From positions 9,289 through 73,288 of the forward strand of contig CAWEXP010000008.1 in the NCBI GenBank assembly GCA_963813065.1: a DNA stretch of 64,000 nt. The letters are read 5' to 3'. The notes beneath the pieces were generated by a model. The model saw only the letters and a program-made list of their open reading frames with translations, was not told the DNA's origin and made no database searches. Source of the stretch: Candidatus Kaiserbacteria bacterium. GTDB taxonomy: Bacteria > Patescibacteriota > Minisyncoccia > Phycocordibacterales > Phycocordibacteraceae. Position numbers and translations under genes: made by a program. Shown here in pieces: positions 37,479 through 47,193 of this stretch (its first letter is position 1; every line of letters starts with the position of its first letter).

Positions 37479-39008
37479 CTAGCGGGCGAACTCGACGACG
37501 CGATTCTCACGGATGATATTCACCTTGATTTCGCCCGGATATTTGAGCTCTTGCTGGATGCGCTCGGCGATGGCGCGCGCCATCTTGTGCATCGCGAGGT
37601 CCGAGACCTTGCCCGGGTTCACGAAGACGCGGATTTCGCGCCCTGCGGAGATTGCGTACACCTTTTCCACACCCTCGAAGCCCGCGGCGAGGCGCTCGAG
37701 GTCGCCCAAGCGCTCGAGATACCGCTCGACCGTGTCGCGGCGGGCTCCCGGGCGGCCACCGCTGATAGCGTCGGCGACCTGGACGATGATTGCCTCGGGC
37801 GTTTCGTACGGATATTCGTCATGATGCGACTGCATCGCCTGGATAATGCGTTTATCCATGCCGAATTTCTCGAGAATGCGGCGACCGATCTCGACATGCG
37901 TGCCCTGGACCTCATGGTCGACCGCCTTACCGATGTCGTGGAGGAGCGCACCCGTGCGTGCGATCTGCGGGTCAGCGCCGAGCTCGGTGGCGAGCATGCC
38001 CGCGATATGCGCCATCTCGACCGAGTGCTGGAGCACATTCTGGCCGTAGCTGGTACGGAAGTAGAGCCGACCGAGGAGCGCGATGAGTTTGGGGTCGAGC
38101 CCTACCACACCCGCTTCGTACGCGGCTTCTTCGCCCTTCTGCTTCACCATCCCCTCGACCTCGGCACGCGTTTTCTCCACAGTCTCCTCAATCTTGGCGG
38201 GCTGGATACGCCCATCGGCGATCAACTTTTCGAGTGCGAGCTTCGCGATGTGGCGACGGAGCGGATCGAAGGAGGAGAGCGCGATGCGATCCGGCGCGTC
38301 GTCGATAATGACGTCCACGCCCGTTGCGCGCTCGAACGCTTTAATATTGCGGCCTTCCTTGCCAATGATTTTGCCCTTCACCTCCTCAGAAGGAATCTGC
38401 ACCGCGAGCGACATGGTCTCGGCGTTGACTGCGTTGCCCAGGCGGTGAATGGCCGTGGTGAGGATACTGCGCGCCTTCTCCTCGAGGCGTTCGCGGCCGT
38501 GGGCATCGAGCTTCTGGATGCGGCCGAGAATGGCCTCCTCGTGCGAACGCTCAACCTCGGCAATTAATTCTTCACGTGCCTTCTCGGCCGAGAGGTTGCT
38601 CGCGCGCTCGAGGATTTTGGTACGTTCAGCGATGAGCTCATCGGCGCTCCTCTTGGCACGCGCGGCCTCCTGTTCACGATTCTTCACCTCTGCCTCGTTG
38701 TCGTCGAGGTCACTCTGGCGGCCGTCGAGATACTCCTCGCGCGCGGCGAGGCGTTCTTCGAGCTTATTCAATTTCTCTTCGCGCTCCTCGATGGGCGCGA
38801 GGCGTTCAGTCTCGAGCACCTCGCCGCGATAGGTGGCATCGGCGATAATCTTGTTCGCGGCCTCCTTGGCCTGGAGCATTTTCTGCTTGATCTCGAGCTC
38901 TACCGAGCCGCGAGAGGCGAGGCCGATGAGCACGCGCAGGACATAGCCGAGCAAGATGCCACCCGCTCCCGAGAGCGCGAGCAGTATGAGGATTATTTTT
39001 ATTGACAT
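37479..39008 (-). CDS. rny: ribonuclease Y
   Basis: N-terminal TM helix, coiled coil, KH domain, and HD domain (HSVEMAHIAGMLATELG...LLHDIGKA). Confidence 0.9.
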   Translation of the reverse strand: MSIKIILILLALSGAGGILLGYVLRVLIGLASRGSVELEIKQKMLQAKEAANKIIADATYRGEVLETERLAPIEEREEKLNKLEERLAAREEYLDGRQSDLDDNEAEVKNREQEAARAKRSADELIAERTKILERASNLSAEKAREELIAEVERSHEEAILGRIQKLDAHGRERLEEKARSILTTAIHRLGNAVNAETMSLAVQIPSEEVKGKIIGKEGRNIKAFERATGVDVIIDDAPDRIALSSFDPLRRHIAKLALEKLIADGRIQPAKIEETVEKTRAEVEGMVKQKGEEAAYEAGVVGLDPKLIALLGRLYFRTSYGQNVLQHSVEMAHIAGMLATELGADPQIARTGALLHDIGKAVDHEVQGTHVEIGRRILEKFGMDKRIIQAMQSHHDEYPYETPEAIIVQVADAISGGRPGARRDTVERYLERLGDLERLAAGFEGVEKVYAISAGREIRVFVNPGKVSDLAMHKMARAIAERIQQELKYPGEIKVNIIRENRVVEFAR

Positions 39009-39062
39009 AGCCCTTTGGGTTAATCCCGAGCCCTCGTGGCAGGGGAACGAAGTTCTAAAAGA

Positions 39063-39112
39063 AGGCTAAAACTTCCGTTGCGGAAGTTCGCCCGACGCGC
39101 CGTTGCGGCGCG
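39063..39112. repeat. copy 1 of a ~50-nt twin-hairpin element (ggctaaa-acttccgNNNcggaagt-tcgcccga-second hairpin)
   Basis: Near-identical copy at 40758..40811. Confidence 0.6.
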
Positions 39113-39262
39113 TTTAGGGGAAACAGCCAAGCATCCGTAGCAGTCAGTCAGCGAAGCGGTACGGGCTTAATGTAGCACAAAAAACGATTTCTGCCGAACC
39201 TGAGTTGACAAAACGCCTACGATGGTGTATGCTTGTCCTGAGGTTCAAACGCGGAGTTCACC

Positions 39263-39445
39263 ATGAACATCTTGCACTTTGTGAGAGAATTGCTCGCGGC
39301 CAGCGGCCTCGTGTACGCCGCCGCGATTGGCATCGCTGTTGTCTTGGCAATTCGTGCGGCCCGTCGTCCACAAACGGACGAGGACCACGCACTTGCCGAG
39401 AATCGGGCCATTGTTCTCGGCGTCTATAGCCGATTCCAGCACTGA
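39263..39445 (+). CDS. candidate small membrane protein (60 aa)
   Basis: GGAG sits upstream of the ATG. Hydrophobic helix. A bidirectional terminator follows. Could instead be chance within the rny leader region. Confidence 0.3.
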   Translation: MNILHFVRELLAASGLVYAAAIGIAVVLAIRAARRPQTDEDHALAENRAIVLGVYSRFQH

Positions 39446-39499
39446 AAAACGAAAGGGCGGACGCTTTACGCGCCGCCCTTTTTCTATTTCTATCTCAGA

Positions 39500-40102
39500 T
39501 TATTTATATACCTGATCGACGATACCGTACTTCTTGGCCTCCTCAGCGGTCATGAAGAAGTCGCGCTCCATATCTTTTTCGATTCTCTCGAGCGGTTGCC
39601 CGGTATTTTTCGCCATGATTTTGTTGAGTCGCTCGCGGGTAGCGAGAATGTGTCGCGCGCTAATTTCGATGTCGGTCGCCTGACCCTCGGCACCGCCCGA
39701 GGGCTGATGGATCATTATCTCGGCGTTCGGCAAAGCGAATCGCTTGCCCTTGGCCCCTGCAGAAAGGAGCCATGCGCCACCCGAGGCCGCGACGCCGATA
39801 CAGACAGTAGAGACGTCGGGCTTGATGTGGTTCATGGTGTCAATCATAGCCAAAGTCGCGGTGACGGAGCCACCAGGTGAATTGATATAGAACTGAATAT
39901 CCTTCTTCGGGTCCTCTGATTCGAGGAAAAGAAGCTGAGCAACAACGAGATTCGCCACCTCGCCCTCGATGGGTCCGCCGAGGAAGATGATGCGGTCCTT
40001 GAGGAGGCGAGAATAAATATCGTAGGCACGCTCGCCGAATTGCGACTTTTCGAGCACCATCGGCACCAGCATGTTCGCACGCGGTTCTTGGGAATTCTTC
40101 AT
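39500..40102 (-). CDS. clpP: ATP-dependent Clp protease proteolytic subunit
   Basis: [18 protein letters not shown] ... active-site Ser/His/Asp context; 200 aa. Confidence 0.9.
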   Translation of the reverse strand: MKNSQEPRANMLVPMVLEKSQFGERAYDIYSRLLKDRIIFLGGPIEGEVANLVVAQLLFLESEDPKKDIQFYINSPGGSVTATLAMIDTMNHIKPDVSTVCIGVAASGGAWLLSAGAKGKRFALPNAEIMIHQPSGGAEGQATDIEISARHILATRERLNKIMAKNTGQPLERIEKDMERDFFMTAEEAKKYGIVDQVYK

Positions 40103-40121
40103 GAGGGGAGTGTACCAAAAG

Positions 40122-40149
40122 AGGCAGAAATAAAAAAGCGCGGCGCCCT
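40122..40149 (-). terminator. Rho-independent terminator
   Basis: gcgcggcgcc-ctt-ggcgccgcg stem with a U-tract on the minus strand. Confidence 0.55.
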
Positions 40150-40164
40150 TGGCGCCGCGTTGTA

Positions 40165-40506
40165 TTAATCTTGGGAAGAACCGTAGCCTCGCTCGTGGAT
40201 ACGCCCGGTGGTAACCGCCGCATCGACGAGGTTTTGCAGATCAGCGGTCAGAGGTGAATCCTCGCCGATGAGCTTCCGCAATGCCCGCAGACCGCCATTG
40301 ACCAGGACTACGTGTACGCTGAGCAATTCTTCTTCGAGCGTCGCGTGTACTTGGAGGCGCTTGGTTCGGCCATAGAGCCGAATGATTTCGTCGGGAGTTT
40401 TGTACTCCAGGCGATACTGGATGGTGCCTGGTTTCCCAAGGGCATCCCGCTCTTTAACTACAATCACGCTCCACTCGACACTGGGATTGCACGATTTCGA
40501 CATCAA
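40165..40506 (-). CDS. hypothetical protein (113 aa)
   Basis: Open frame with its own terminator. No family recognised. Confidence 0.4.
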   Translation of the reverse strand: MMSKSCNPSVEWSVIVVKERDALGKPGTIQYRLEYKTPDEIIRLYGRTKRLQVHATLEEELLSVHVVLVNGGLRALRKLIGEDSPLTADLQNLVDAAVTTGRIHERGYGSSQD

Positions 40507-40565
40507 CTTCTCCTCTGGGTGACTCTGCAGAGGACCCTACGCGCAAAAATGCGTTGTGTCAAATA

Positions 40566-40826
40566 TTAGTACGTATTCGCGGTCGAACTCGCCGTCTCGA
40601 TGAGCGCACGCTCGGCGGCGATGCGCTGGCCCCAGGCGTAGAAGGCACCAATAATAATCATGAGGACGATGATGATGATGGAGATGATGACACCCCACGA
40701 CTGCTGGGCGGGGGAGGGTGGCGGGATGATGGGCGCAGGATTGTTGAGTGACGGTTCGGCTAAAACTTCCGGCTCAACCGGAAGTTCGCCCGAAACTTCG
40801 CCTGGCGAAGTGTGTAGGGGAGGCAT
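40566..40826 (-). CDS. small membrane protein with Pro-rich N-terminal region
   Basis: TM helix IISIIIIVLMIIIGAFY. The N-terminal coding region overlaps repeat copy 2, so the true start is uncertain. Confidence 0.4.
   Translation of the reverse strand: MPPLHTSPGEVSGELPVEPEVLAEPSLNNPAPIIPPPSPAQQSWGVIISIIIIVLMIIIGAFYAWGQRIAAERALIETASSTANTY
40758..40811. repeat. copy 2 of the ~50-nt twin-hairpin element
   Basis: ggctaaaacttccggctcaaccggaagttcgcccga + acttcgcctggcgaagt. Compare 39063..39112. Confidence 0.6.
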
Positions 40827-40839
40827 GGGTGGAGTATAG

Positions 40840-40873
40840 CAAAAACGCGCGCCGCTGTGCGGCGCGCGTTTTG
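40840..40873. terminator. bidirectional Rho-independent terminator
   Basis: AAAAA, then aacgcgcgccgc-tgt-gcggcgcgcgtt stem, then TTTT. Confidence 0.6.
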
Positions 40874-40882
40874 CATCTCTCG

Positions 40883-41401
40883 TTATTTTTTCTCTTCGTA
40901 GAGTTTCACCGAGCGCTCAAATGCCGCTTCGGCCGAGGCCTTGCCCTCGAACTCTTTTACAATCACTTCTGTCTTTTGGATTTGCTTGTAAGTCGCGAAG
41001 AAGTGCGCAATCTCTTTAAGCGTATGCGGATTGATGTCCTCGAGGTCCTTGATGTGGTCCCAGCGCGGATCGTGGGTGGGTACCGCGAGAATCTTTTCAT
41101 CCGGTGCGCCGCCGTCATGCATATTCAAGAAACCAACCGGTCGCGCTTTGACCAGGATACCGGGGAGAAGCGGATACGTGGCGAAGAGAATCACATCGAT
41201 CGCATCGCCATCGTCCCAGAGCGTCTGCGGCACGAAGCCGTAGTCGAAGGGGTAGTGCTGGGCGCTGTAGAGCACCCGATCGAGCGCGATGACGCCGGTG
41301 GCCTTATCAATCTCGTATTTATTGTGTGAGCCCTTGGGGATCTCGATGATGACGTTCATCTCGGTCGCTTTCCCGGGCGCAATATCCTTCAGGAGATTCA
41401 T
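40883..41401 (-). CDS. ppa: inorganic pyrophosphatase (family I)
   Basis: Family I PPase motifs (DGDAIDVILF..., HDGGAPDEKILAV); 172 aa. Confidence 0.9.
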   Translation of the reverse strand: MNLLKDIAPGKATEMNVIIEIPKGSHNKYEIDKATGVIALDRVLYSAQHYPFDYGFVPQTLWDDGDAIDVILFATYPLLPGILVKARPVGFLNMHDGGAPDEKILAVPTHDPRWDHIKDLEDINPHTLKEIAHFFATYKQIQKTEVIVKEFEGKASAEAAFERSVKLYEEKK

Positions 41402-41412
41402 GGTCGGAGAGA

Positions 41413-42891
41413 TTATTCGTCGGACGCGCTCTTGTCGCGCGACTCTTCGGTATCGACAATAGAATTGTCTTCGGTCTGCATCAGCTCCTCCTCAGCAGGG
41501 AGCTCGTCCTTCTCCGGCGCGACGACTACTTCGATAAGCTCGTCGCTCTCGGTCGGCAGAACGCCAGCCTCTTTCGCGAGCAGGTCGGGGTCGGTCGGTT
41601 CAACCGTAGGAATCTCATCGGCTAAAGCCTGCTCTGCAGGCTCGCCCGACGCGCCAGCTGGCGCGTCTAGGGGAACGGTCACGACTTCGCCGTCGCTCTC
41701 GGCGACCTCGGTGCCGCCGGTGGAGACGATGTCGATGTTCCAGCCGGTCAGCTTGGCGGCGAGGCGAACGTTCTGGCCGCCACGACCAATCGCAAGCGAC
41801 TGCTCATCCTCAGAGACGGTCACGGTCGCGCGGTGGCCAGCCTCGTCGAGCTCCACCGTAAGTGGTGTCGCGGGGGAGAGCGCTTCCTTAATAAATTCGC
41901 GTGAGTCGTCGTTCCACTCGATGATGTCGATGCGCTCGCCACCGAGCTCGCTCATCACCGTCGAGACGCGCACGCCGCGCTGGCCGACAAGCGAACCGAC
42001 GGGGTCGACATGTGGATCGAGTGAGGCAATCGCAATCTTGGTGCGACTGCCGGGCTCGCGCGCGATGCCCTTCACTTCGAGCGAACCGGCCGCCAGCTCG
42101 GGCGCCTCCTGCTCAAAGAGCTTCACGACAAACTTGGGGTGTGCACGCGAGAGGCGCAGGTACACGCCGCGGAATCCTTCTTCCACATTGTAGAGATACG
42201 CGCGGATGCGCTCGCCCGGGCGATAGCGCTCGCCGGGAATCTGTTCCTCGTAGGGGATAAGGCCGGTAGCGCGGCCAAGGTCGACGAAAATCGCCCCACG
42301 CTCCATGCGCTGGACGATGCCACCGACAATCTCGCCCTTCTTCTCGCCAAATTCCTCGAGCATCGAGAGCTTCTCGGCCTCGCGCACCTTCTGGATGACC
42401 GTCTGCTTGGCAGTCTGGGCGGCAATGCGGCCGAAGTCCTCCTGTGGTTCGAGCGGGAAGACGATTTCATCGCCCAAAACGGCGCCACGCTTGATCAGCT
42501 TGGCATCGGCGAGGAGGATGTGCTTCTCGGGGTCGAAGCGCGGGAGCTCGCCCTCGGCAAGCTGTTCCTCTTCGTCACGATGGAAATGCGGACGCTCTTC
42601 GACTACCTCCTCCGACTCGTCGGGGAAGCGAACGGTGCTCTCGTCGACGACGGTTTTCACCTGCTCGAAAGAGACGGTGCCGGTCGAGAGGTCAATCCGC
42701 GACCGGATGACCTGCCCGCGCTTGCCGTACTCACGCTTGTACGCGGTAGCCATGGCGCTCTCGATGGCGTCGATCATCGTCGCGCGACTGATGCCGCGAT
42801 CCTCGAATTCTCCCAGAACTGCGTTGATTGTTTTGAGGTCTAACATATGGATTGTGTATGTCTCACCTTGTAAAAAGAAAGTCCGGCGCAC
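41413..42891 (-). CDS. nusA: transcription termination/antitermination factor NusA with acidic C-terminal extension
   Basis: N-terminal domain, S1 domain (IVGGIVQRMERGAIFVDLG), two KH domains. The start is probably the Met at 42846. Confidence 0.9.
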   Translation of the reverse strand: MRRTFFLQGETYTIHMLDLKTINAVLGEFEDRGISRATMIDAIESAMATAYKREYGKRGQVIRSRIDLSTGTVSFEQVKTVVDESTVRFPDESEEVVEERPHFHRDEEEQLAEGELPRFDPEKHILLADAKLIKRGAVLGDEIVFPLEPQEDFGRIAAQTAKQTVIQKVREAEKLSMLEEFGEKKGEIVGGIVQRMERGAIFVDLGRATGLIPYEEQIPGERYRPGERIRAYLYNVEEGFRGVYLRLSRAHPKFVVKLFEQEAPELAAGSLEVKGIAREPGSRTKIAIASLDPHVDPVGSLVGQRGVRVSTVMSELGGERIDIIEWNDDSREFIKEALSPATPLTVELDEAGHRATVTVSEDEQSLAIGRGGQNVRLAAKLTGWNIDIVSTGGTEVAESDGEVVTVPLDAPAGASGEPAEQALADEIPTVEPTDPDLLAKEAGVLPTESDELIEVVVAPEKDELPAEEELMQTEDNSIVDTEESRDKSASDE

Positions 42892-43270
42892 CGGACAGTC
42901 AGTAGGAATAGGATAGCAGAAAGGAAAGGTTGCGTCAATAACGCCGAGAGGGTAGGGTGAGCACAGAAAGGAAGGTGTTGGATGGACGGGAAGAAAATAA
43001 TTTCGGTCATCGAGATGTACCAGCGCAAGCTTTCAGGGTGCGGCGTTATTCAAGAACGAATGGATCCTGGGAGGACCTTTCAAAGCTTATCTCAGGACGA
43101 ATTACTATCGCATGCTTTCTTTTTGTGTTCGTTTGCGAAGGAATACGCCGCCGATCCGGAAAAATTCGGCAAGGCAAATCGGCACCTTACCGCAATACAG
43201 ATGTGTCTCAGCTTCGCCGGTTGGTACACTCTTGAAGACTTGATGAATCATAATCGCCCTTGAGCATTGC
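42870..43270 (+). ncRNA. speculative RNase P RNA-like structured RNA. Alternative reading: an AT-rich CDS at 42982..43263.
   Basis: Motifs in the expected order: GAAAGTCCGG (42877..42886, P4 5' strand), TAACGCC (42939..42945), AGGGTGAGCACAGAAAGG and AGGGTGCGG (42952 and 43035). A downstream CGCCGGTT (43215) could pair with the P4 5' strand leaving a bulged U. Followed by the terminator at 43277. Not verified. Confidence 0.2.
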
Positions 43271-43276
43271 TCACAC

Positions 43277-43308
43277 CGGGCGGCCGATTACGGCCGTCCG
43301 TTTTATTT
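43277..43308 (+). terminator. Rho-independent terminator
   Basis: cgggcggccg-atta-cggccgtccg stem followed by TTTTATTTT. Confidence 0.5.
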
Positions 43309-43309
43309 T

Positions 43310-45073
43310 GTGAGCTATACTGGTGTGATGCATGTCTCGGAAGGGGAGCTGAAGGAGTTCATCATCGACTCCGGCCTCGTCGCGAAATCGGAGATCGACG
43401 ATGCTGATGCCGAAGCGAAACAGCGCGGTCAATCACTCGGCGATATTCTCGTCTCGCGCGGCACGCTGACCGAGGACGCCCTGCGGCGCATCCAGGCGTA
43501 CGTGATCGGCGTACCCTTCGTTAATTTGAAAGACCAGCGCATCCTGCCCGAGATTCTCTCGCTGATTCCTGAGCCCATCGCGCGCACGCACAACATTATC
43601 GCCTTCAAGCGGAGCGCCGACTCACTCGAAGTCGCGATGCTCGATGCCGAGGACCTCGCCTCGATTGATTCGGTGCGCAAGAAGACCGGACTGAAGATTT
43701 TGGTTCGACTCACCGACACCGAAAGCGTCAAGAATGCGCTCCTGCAGTATCAGAAGTCGCTCAAGGATGAGTTCGGTGACATCGTCTCGACCGAGACCGC
43801 GAAACTGAAGAACGTGGCGGGCGATGCTGACCTCTCGGCGAGTGAGTTGAAGAAGATGGCCGAAGATTTGCCGATTGTGCGCATCGTCGACACGCTCCTG
43901 CGCCACGCGATTGTGCAGAGCGCTTCCGATATCCATATCGAACCGATGGAAGATGAGGTGCTGGTGCGCTATCGCATCGACGGCATTCTCCATGACGCAA
44001 TGACGCTCCCGCGCGCGGCGGCGGCGGGCATTGTCGCGCGCATCAAGGTGCTCGCCAACTTGAAATTGGACGAAAAAAGATTGCCGCAGGATGGTCGCTT
44101 CAAGATGGAAACTGAGGCGGACAAAGTATCTTTCCGCGTCTCGACGCTCCCCACCTTCTACGGCGAGAAGGCCGTGATGCGTATCTTGCGCGAGAATGGC
44201 GAAGGATTCACGCTCGATGTACTCGGTTTCCACGGCGAGGATCTCGAGCGATTGCATCGCGCGCTCCGACAGACCACCGGCATTGTGCTTGTCTCGGGCC
44301 CAACCGGTTCTGGCAAGACGACGACGCTCTACACCATGCTCGATATTTTGAATACGCCGCGCGTCAACATTTCAACCATCGAAGATCCTATCGAATATCA
44401 GATGAAGCGCGTGAATCAGACGCAGGTGAACCCGCAGATCGGTCTCACCTTCGCCAATGGTCTGCGCTCGCTCGTGCGCCAGGACCCTGACATCATCATG
44501 GTCGGCGAAATCCGCGATGCCGAGACCGCCTCACTCGCCATAAATGCCGCACTCACCGGTCACCTCGTCCTCTCGACCATTCACACCAACTCGGCCAGCG
44601 GCGCCATCCCGCGCCTCATCGACATGGGCATCGAGCCCTTCCTCCTCGTCTCGACCATTCGCGCCATCGTCGGCCAGCGACTCGTGCGTCGGCTCTGCGA
44701 CAGCAAAGAGGCGGCCGAACTTTCGTCCGCACTCCGTGCCACTATTTGCCCTGAAGAACATTTCGATTCTGCACTGCAGACATTGAAGGACGAAAATCTC
44801 GTGCCTGCGGAGACCGCGCTTGATGCTTTGCCTTTTTATCGTGCGGTCCCCTCGGTCGAGTGCGAGGATGGCTACAAAGGTCGCATCAATATTTCAGAAG
44901 TGATGACCATCACACCCTCGCTCCGCGAGAGCATCCTCGCATCTGCATCGAGCGATGTGCTTGAAGAGCAGGCGCGCAAGGAGGGCATGCGCACGATGCT
45001 TGAGGACGGTATCTACAAAGCCGCGCGTGGCATCACCTCACTCGAGGAAGTGCTTCGCGCCGTCTCTGAGTGA
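43310..45073 (+). CDS. pilB: type IV pilus assembly ATPase PilB (GspE family)
   Basis: GspII_E N-terminal domain, Walker A VSGPTGSGKTTTLYTML, Asp and His boxes, C-terminal tetracysteine. ATG 43328 is the likely start (TATACT sits 6 nt upstream, implying a leaderless mRNA). Confidence 0.9.
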   Translation: MSYTGVMHVSEGELKEFIIDSGLVAKSEIDDADAEAKQRGQSLGDILVSRGTLTEDALRRIQAYVIGVPFVNLKDQRILPEILSLIPEPIARTHNIIAFKRSADSLEVAMLDAEDLASIDSVRKKTGLKILVRLTDTESVKNALLQYQKSLKDEFGDIVSTETAKLKNVAGDADLSASELKKMAEDLPIVRIVDTLLRHAIVQSASDIHIEPMEDEVLVRYRIDGILHDAMTLPRAAAAGIVARIKVLANLKLDEKRLPQDGRFKMETEADKVSFRVSTLPTFYGEKAVMRILRENGEGFTLDVLGFHGEDLERLHRALRQTTGIVLVSGPTGSGKTTTLYTMLDILNTPRVNISTIEDPIEYQMKRVNQTQVNPQIGLTFANGLRSLVRQDPDIIMVGEIRDAETASLAINAALTGHLVLSTIHTNSASGAIPRLIDMGIEPFLLVSTIRAIVGQRLVRRLCDSKEAAELSSALRATICPEEHFDSALQTLKDENLVPAETALDALPFYRAVPSVECEDGYKGRINISEVMTITPSLRESILASASSDVLEEQARKEGMRTMLEDGIYKAARGITSLEEVLRAVSE

Positions 45074-45074
45074 T

Positions 45075-46286
45075 ATGAAATTCACCGTCGTCATCGAACG
45101 CGAGGGTGGCCAACGCGAAGAGCGCGTGATCGAGGCGGAGTCGCGCTTCGCGGTCTATGCCAACGTGCAACGCGAAGGCGGCACGGTCATCTCATTTAAA
45201 GAGAAAAGTAATTTCAACCCGCTCGCCTGGCTCACTCGGCCGATTGGCCTCGGCGTGAGTCGCCGCGAACTCGTCATCATGACGAAAAATCTCTCCGCGA
45301 TGCTCGCCGCCGGTCTCCCGCTCTCACGCGCCCTCGAGGTAATCGAGAAACAATCGCCCGGCACCAGCATGCGCACCGTCGCCGCGAGCGTTGGCGCCTC
45401 GGTGCGGAAAGGCTCTTCATTCCACGACGCTCTGGCCGAGCATCCGCACGTCTTCTCCGGACTCATGATCGCGATGACCAAGGCCGGCGAGGAATCGGGG
45501 TCGCTCGCGAAATCGCTCGCGGTGACCAGTCTCCAGATGGAACGCTCGCTCGAGCTCTCGCGCAAGATTACGGGAGCACTCATCTACCCGGCCATCGTGC
45601 TCGCGACGGTCATCGTTGGCACCATCTTGATGCTCACCTATGTCGTGCCGACTCTGACCAGCACCTTCGCCGAGATGCGCATCCAACTCCCACTCGTGAC
45701 GCAGATTATTGTCGCAACCTCGAGCTTTTTTGTCGCCAACATGGTCGCGGTAATTTGCACACTCATTATTATTATTCTACTGGCCGTCCTCTTCTTCCGT
45801 TCGCGCGCCGGCGGCACGACCGGATTGTGGGTTGCGCTCCGCATTCCGATTATCGGTGAGCTCGTGCGCGAGAGCTATGCGGCGCGCACCGCACGCACCC
45901 TCTCCTCGCTCCTCGCCTCAGGCGTGCCAGTACTGAGTGCGCTCGCGATTACCCGCGAGGTGGTTCGCGCGGGAAGCTTCACGCGGGTCGTTGCCGAGGC
46001 TGAAGCGCGTGTGAAAAAAGGTGAACCTATGTCGAGCGCTTTCTCCGCACACAAGGATATCTATCCCGCCATGATGAGCGAAATGCTCGCGGTGGGGGAG
46101 GAGACCGGCACGGTCGCCGAGATGCTCCAACAAGTCGCCGATTTCTACGAGAGCGAAGTCGCGGACAAGACCAAAGACCTCTCCGCGCTCATTGAACCGC
46201 TCTTGATGCTCCTCATCGGCACCATGGTTGGCATCTTCGCTATTGCGATGATCGCCCCGATTTATTCGCTTTCATCGGCTATCTAA
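45075..46286 (+). CDS. pilC: type IV pilus inner-membrane platform protein PilC (GspF family)
   Basis: Two GspF repeats and TM helices. ATG 45075 lies 1 nt after the pilB stop. Confidence 0.85.
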   Translation: MKFTVVIEREGGQREERVIEAESRFAVYANVQREGGTVISFKEKSNFNPLAWLTRPIGLGVSRRELVIMTKNLSAMLAAGLPLSRALEVIEKQSPGTSMRTVAASVGASVRKGSSFHDALAEHPHVFSGLMIAMTKAGEESGSLAKSLAVTSLQMERSLELSRKITGALIYPAIVLATVIVGTILMLTYVVPTLTSTFAEMRIQLPLVTQIIVATSSFFVANMVAVICTLIIIILLAVLFFRSRAGGTTGLWVALRIPIIGELVRESYAARTARTLSSLLASGVPVLSALAITREVVRAGSFTRVVAEAEARVKKGEPMSSAFSAHKDIYPAMMSEMLAVGEETGTVAEMLQQVADFYESEVADKTKDLSALIEPLLMLLIGTMVGIFAIAMIAPIYSLSSAI

Positions 46287-46708
46287 TGCGCGCTATTTTT
46301 AGAGGATCCGCCTCGGCTCAGACGCCTCGTCGAGACGGGTTCAGCCTCATCGACACTCTGGTCGGCATCGCGCTGGTGCTGATTCTCTTCCTCGCGCTCT
46401 TCGGCGTCCTCCGCGCCTCGCTCGCGCTCTCGAATCTCGCGCGTATCAAGTCCGCCGAGGTCGGGCTCCTCGAGACTCAGATGGAATATCTGCGTGGTAT
46501 TAGCTATGACTCACTCGGCATCACGGATGGCGACCCTGTGGGCGTGATCGCGGCCGAGACAGAGGCAACGGTTGATGGCGCGCACTACACCATCCGCACC
46601 GCCATCGTGATGGCCACGAGCACGGACCCGGCCAAGACTGCCGAGGTGACCGTCTCGACCAATGACGGAGCACACGCGCTCTCGCTCGTCTCCAACTTTG
46701 CACCATGA
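46286..46708 (+). CDS. prepilin-type (type IV pilin/pseudopilin) protein
   Basis: Class III signal motif GFSLIDTLVGIALVLILF (G/FxLxE-like N-methylation site). ATGA overlap with pilC. Confidence 0.7.
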   Translation: MRAIFRGSASAQTPRRDGFSLIDTLVGIALVLILFLALFGVLRASLALSNLARIKSAEVGLLETQMEYLRGISYDSLGITDGDPVGVIAAETEATVDGAHYTIRTAIVMATSTDPAKTAEVTVSTNDGAHALSLVSNFAP

Positions 46709-47193
46709 AGCTAAAACAATTGCGGAGCAATTGTTCGCCCGAACGCGCAGAAGCGCGTTTTAGGGGCTTCACTCTTATTGAAACACTCGTCGCCATCGCA
46801 CTCTCGGTGATTGTGGTGACGGCGCTCGCGAGCATGATTAACTATTTCTACGCGACGAATGCCACGACACTCGCCGCGTGGCAATCGGTCTCGAGTGACC
46901 GGGCGAATCTCGAATGGTCGATGACCAAGCTCCGCGAGGCATCGTCCATCACCAGCGCCGGAGACTCTTCACTTTCGTACGAAACGATGCTCGGCGGCGC
47001 GACCACCTCGGCTTCCTACACACTCAGCGACGCGACATTCACGTACTATGACGCCAGTGGCACGCCGCTCACCAATCCCGTTGATCCGGCGCAGGTGCGC
47101 GCGGTGCTCGTGCGCGAAGTGGTGAACGCCGGCCAGGCGGTCGAGACGACGCTCTTCGCCGGCGCCGCACTCCGCAATTCTCCAAGACCATGA
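46705..47193 (+). CDS. prepilin-type protein
   Basis: RGFTLIETLVAIALSVIVV class III signal motif. Overlaps the neighbouring gene by 4 nt. Confidence 0.7.
   Translation: MKLKQLRSNCSPERAEARFRGFTLIETLVAIALSVIVVTALASMINYFYATNATTLAAWQSVSSDRANLEWSMTKLREASSITSAGDSSLSYETMLGGATTSASYTLSDATFTYYDASGTPLTNPVDPAQVRAVLVREVVNAGQAVETTLFAGAALRNSPRP

Noticed and set aside
37551-38567. 338-aa plus-strand ORF and its neighbours (38083..38448, 38449..38832)
   Set aside because: Antisense to rny. Low-complexity Arg/Ala-rich translations characteristic of GC-rich spurious frames.
41432-42843. 253-aa and 234-aa plus-strand ORFs
   Set aside because: Antisense to nusA, with Ser/Ala-rich low-complexity translations.
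42982-43263. 93-aa ORF with an AAGGAAGG ribosome-binding site upstream of nusA
   Set aside because: Not fully rejected. I kept it only as the alternative reading of the candidate structured-RNA region because the protein has no recognisable features and the region is atypically AT-rich.
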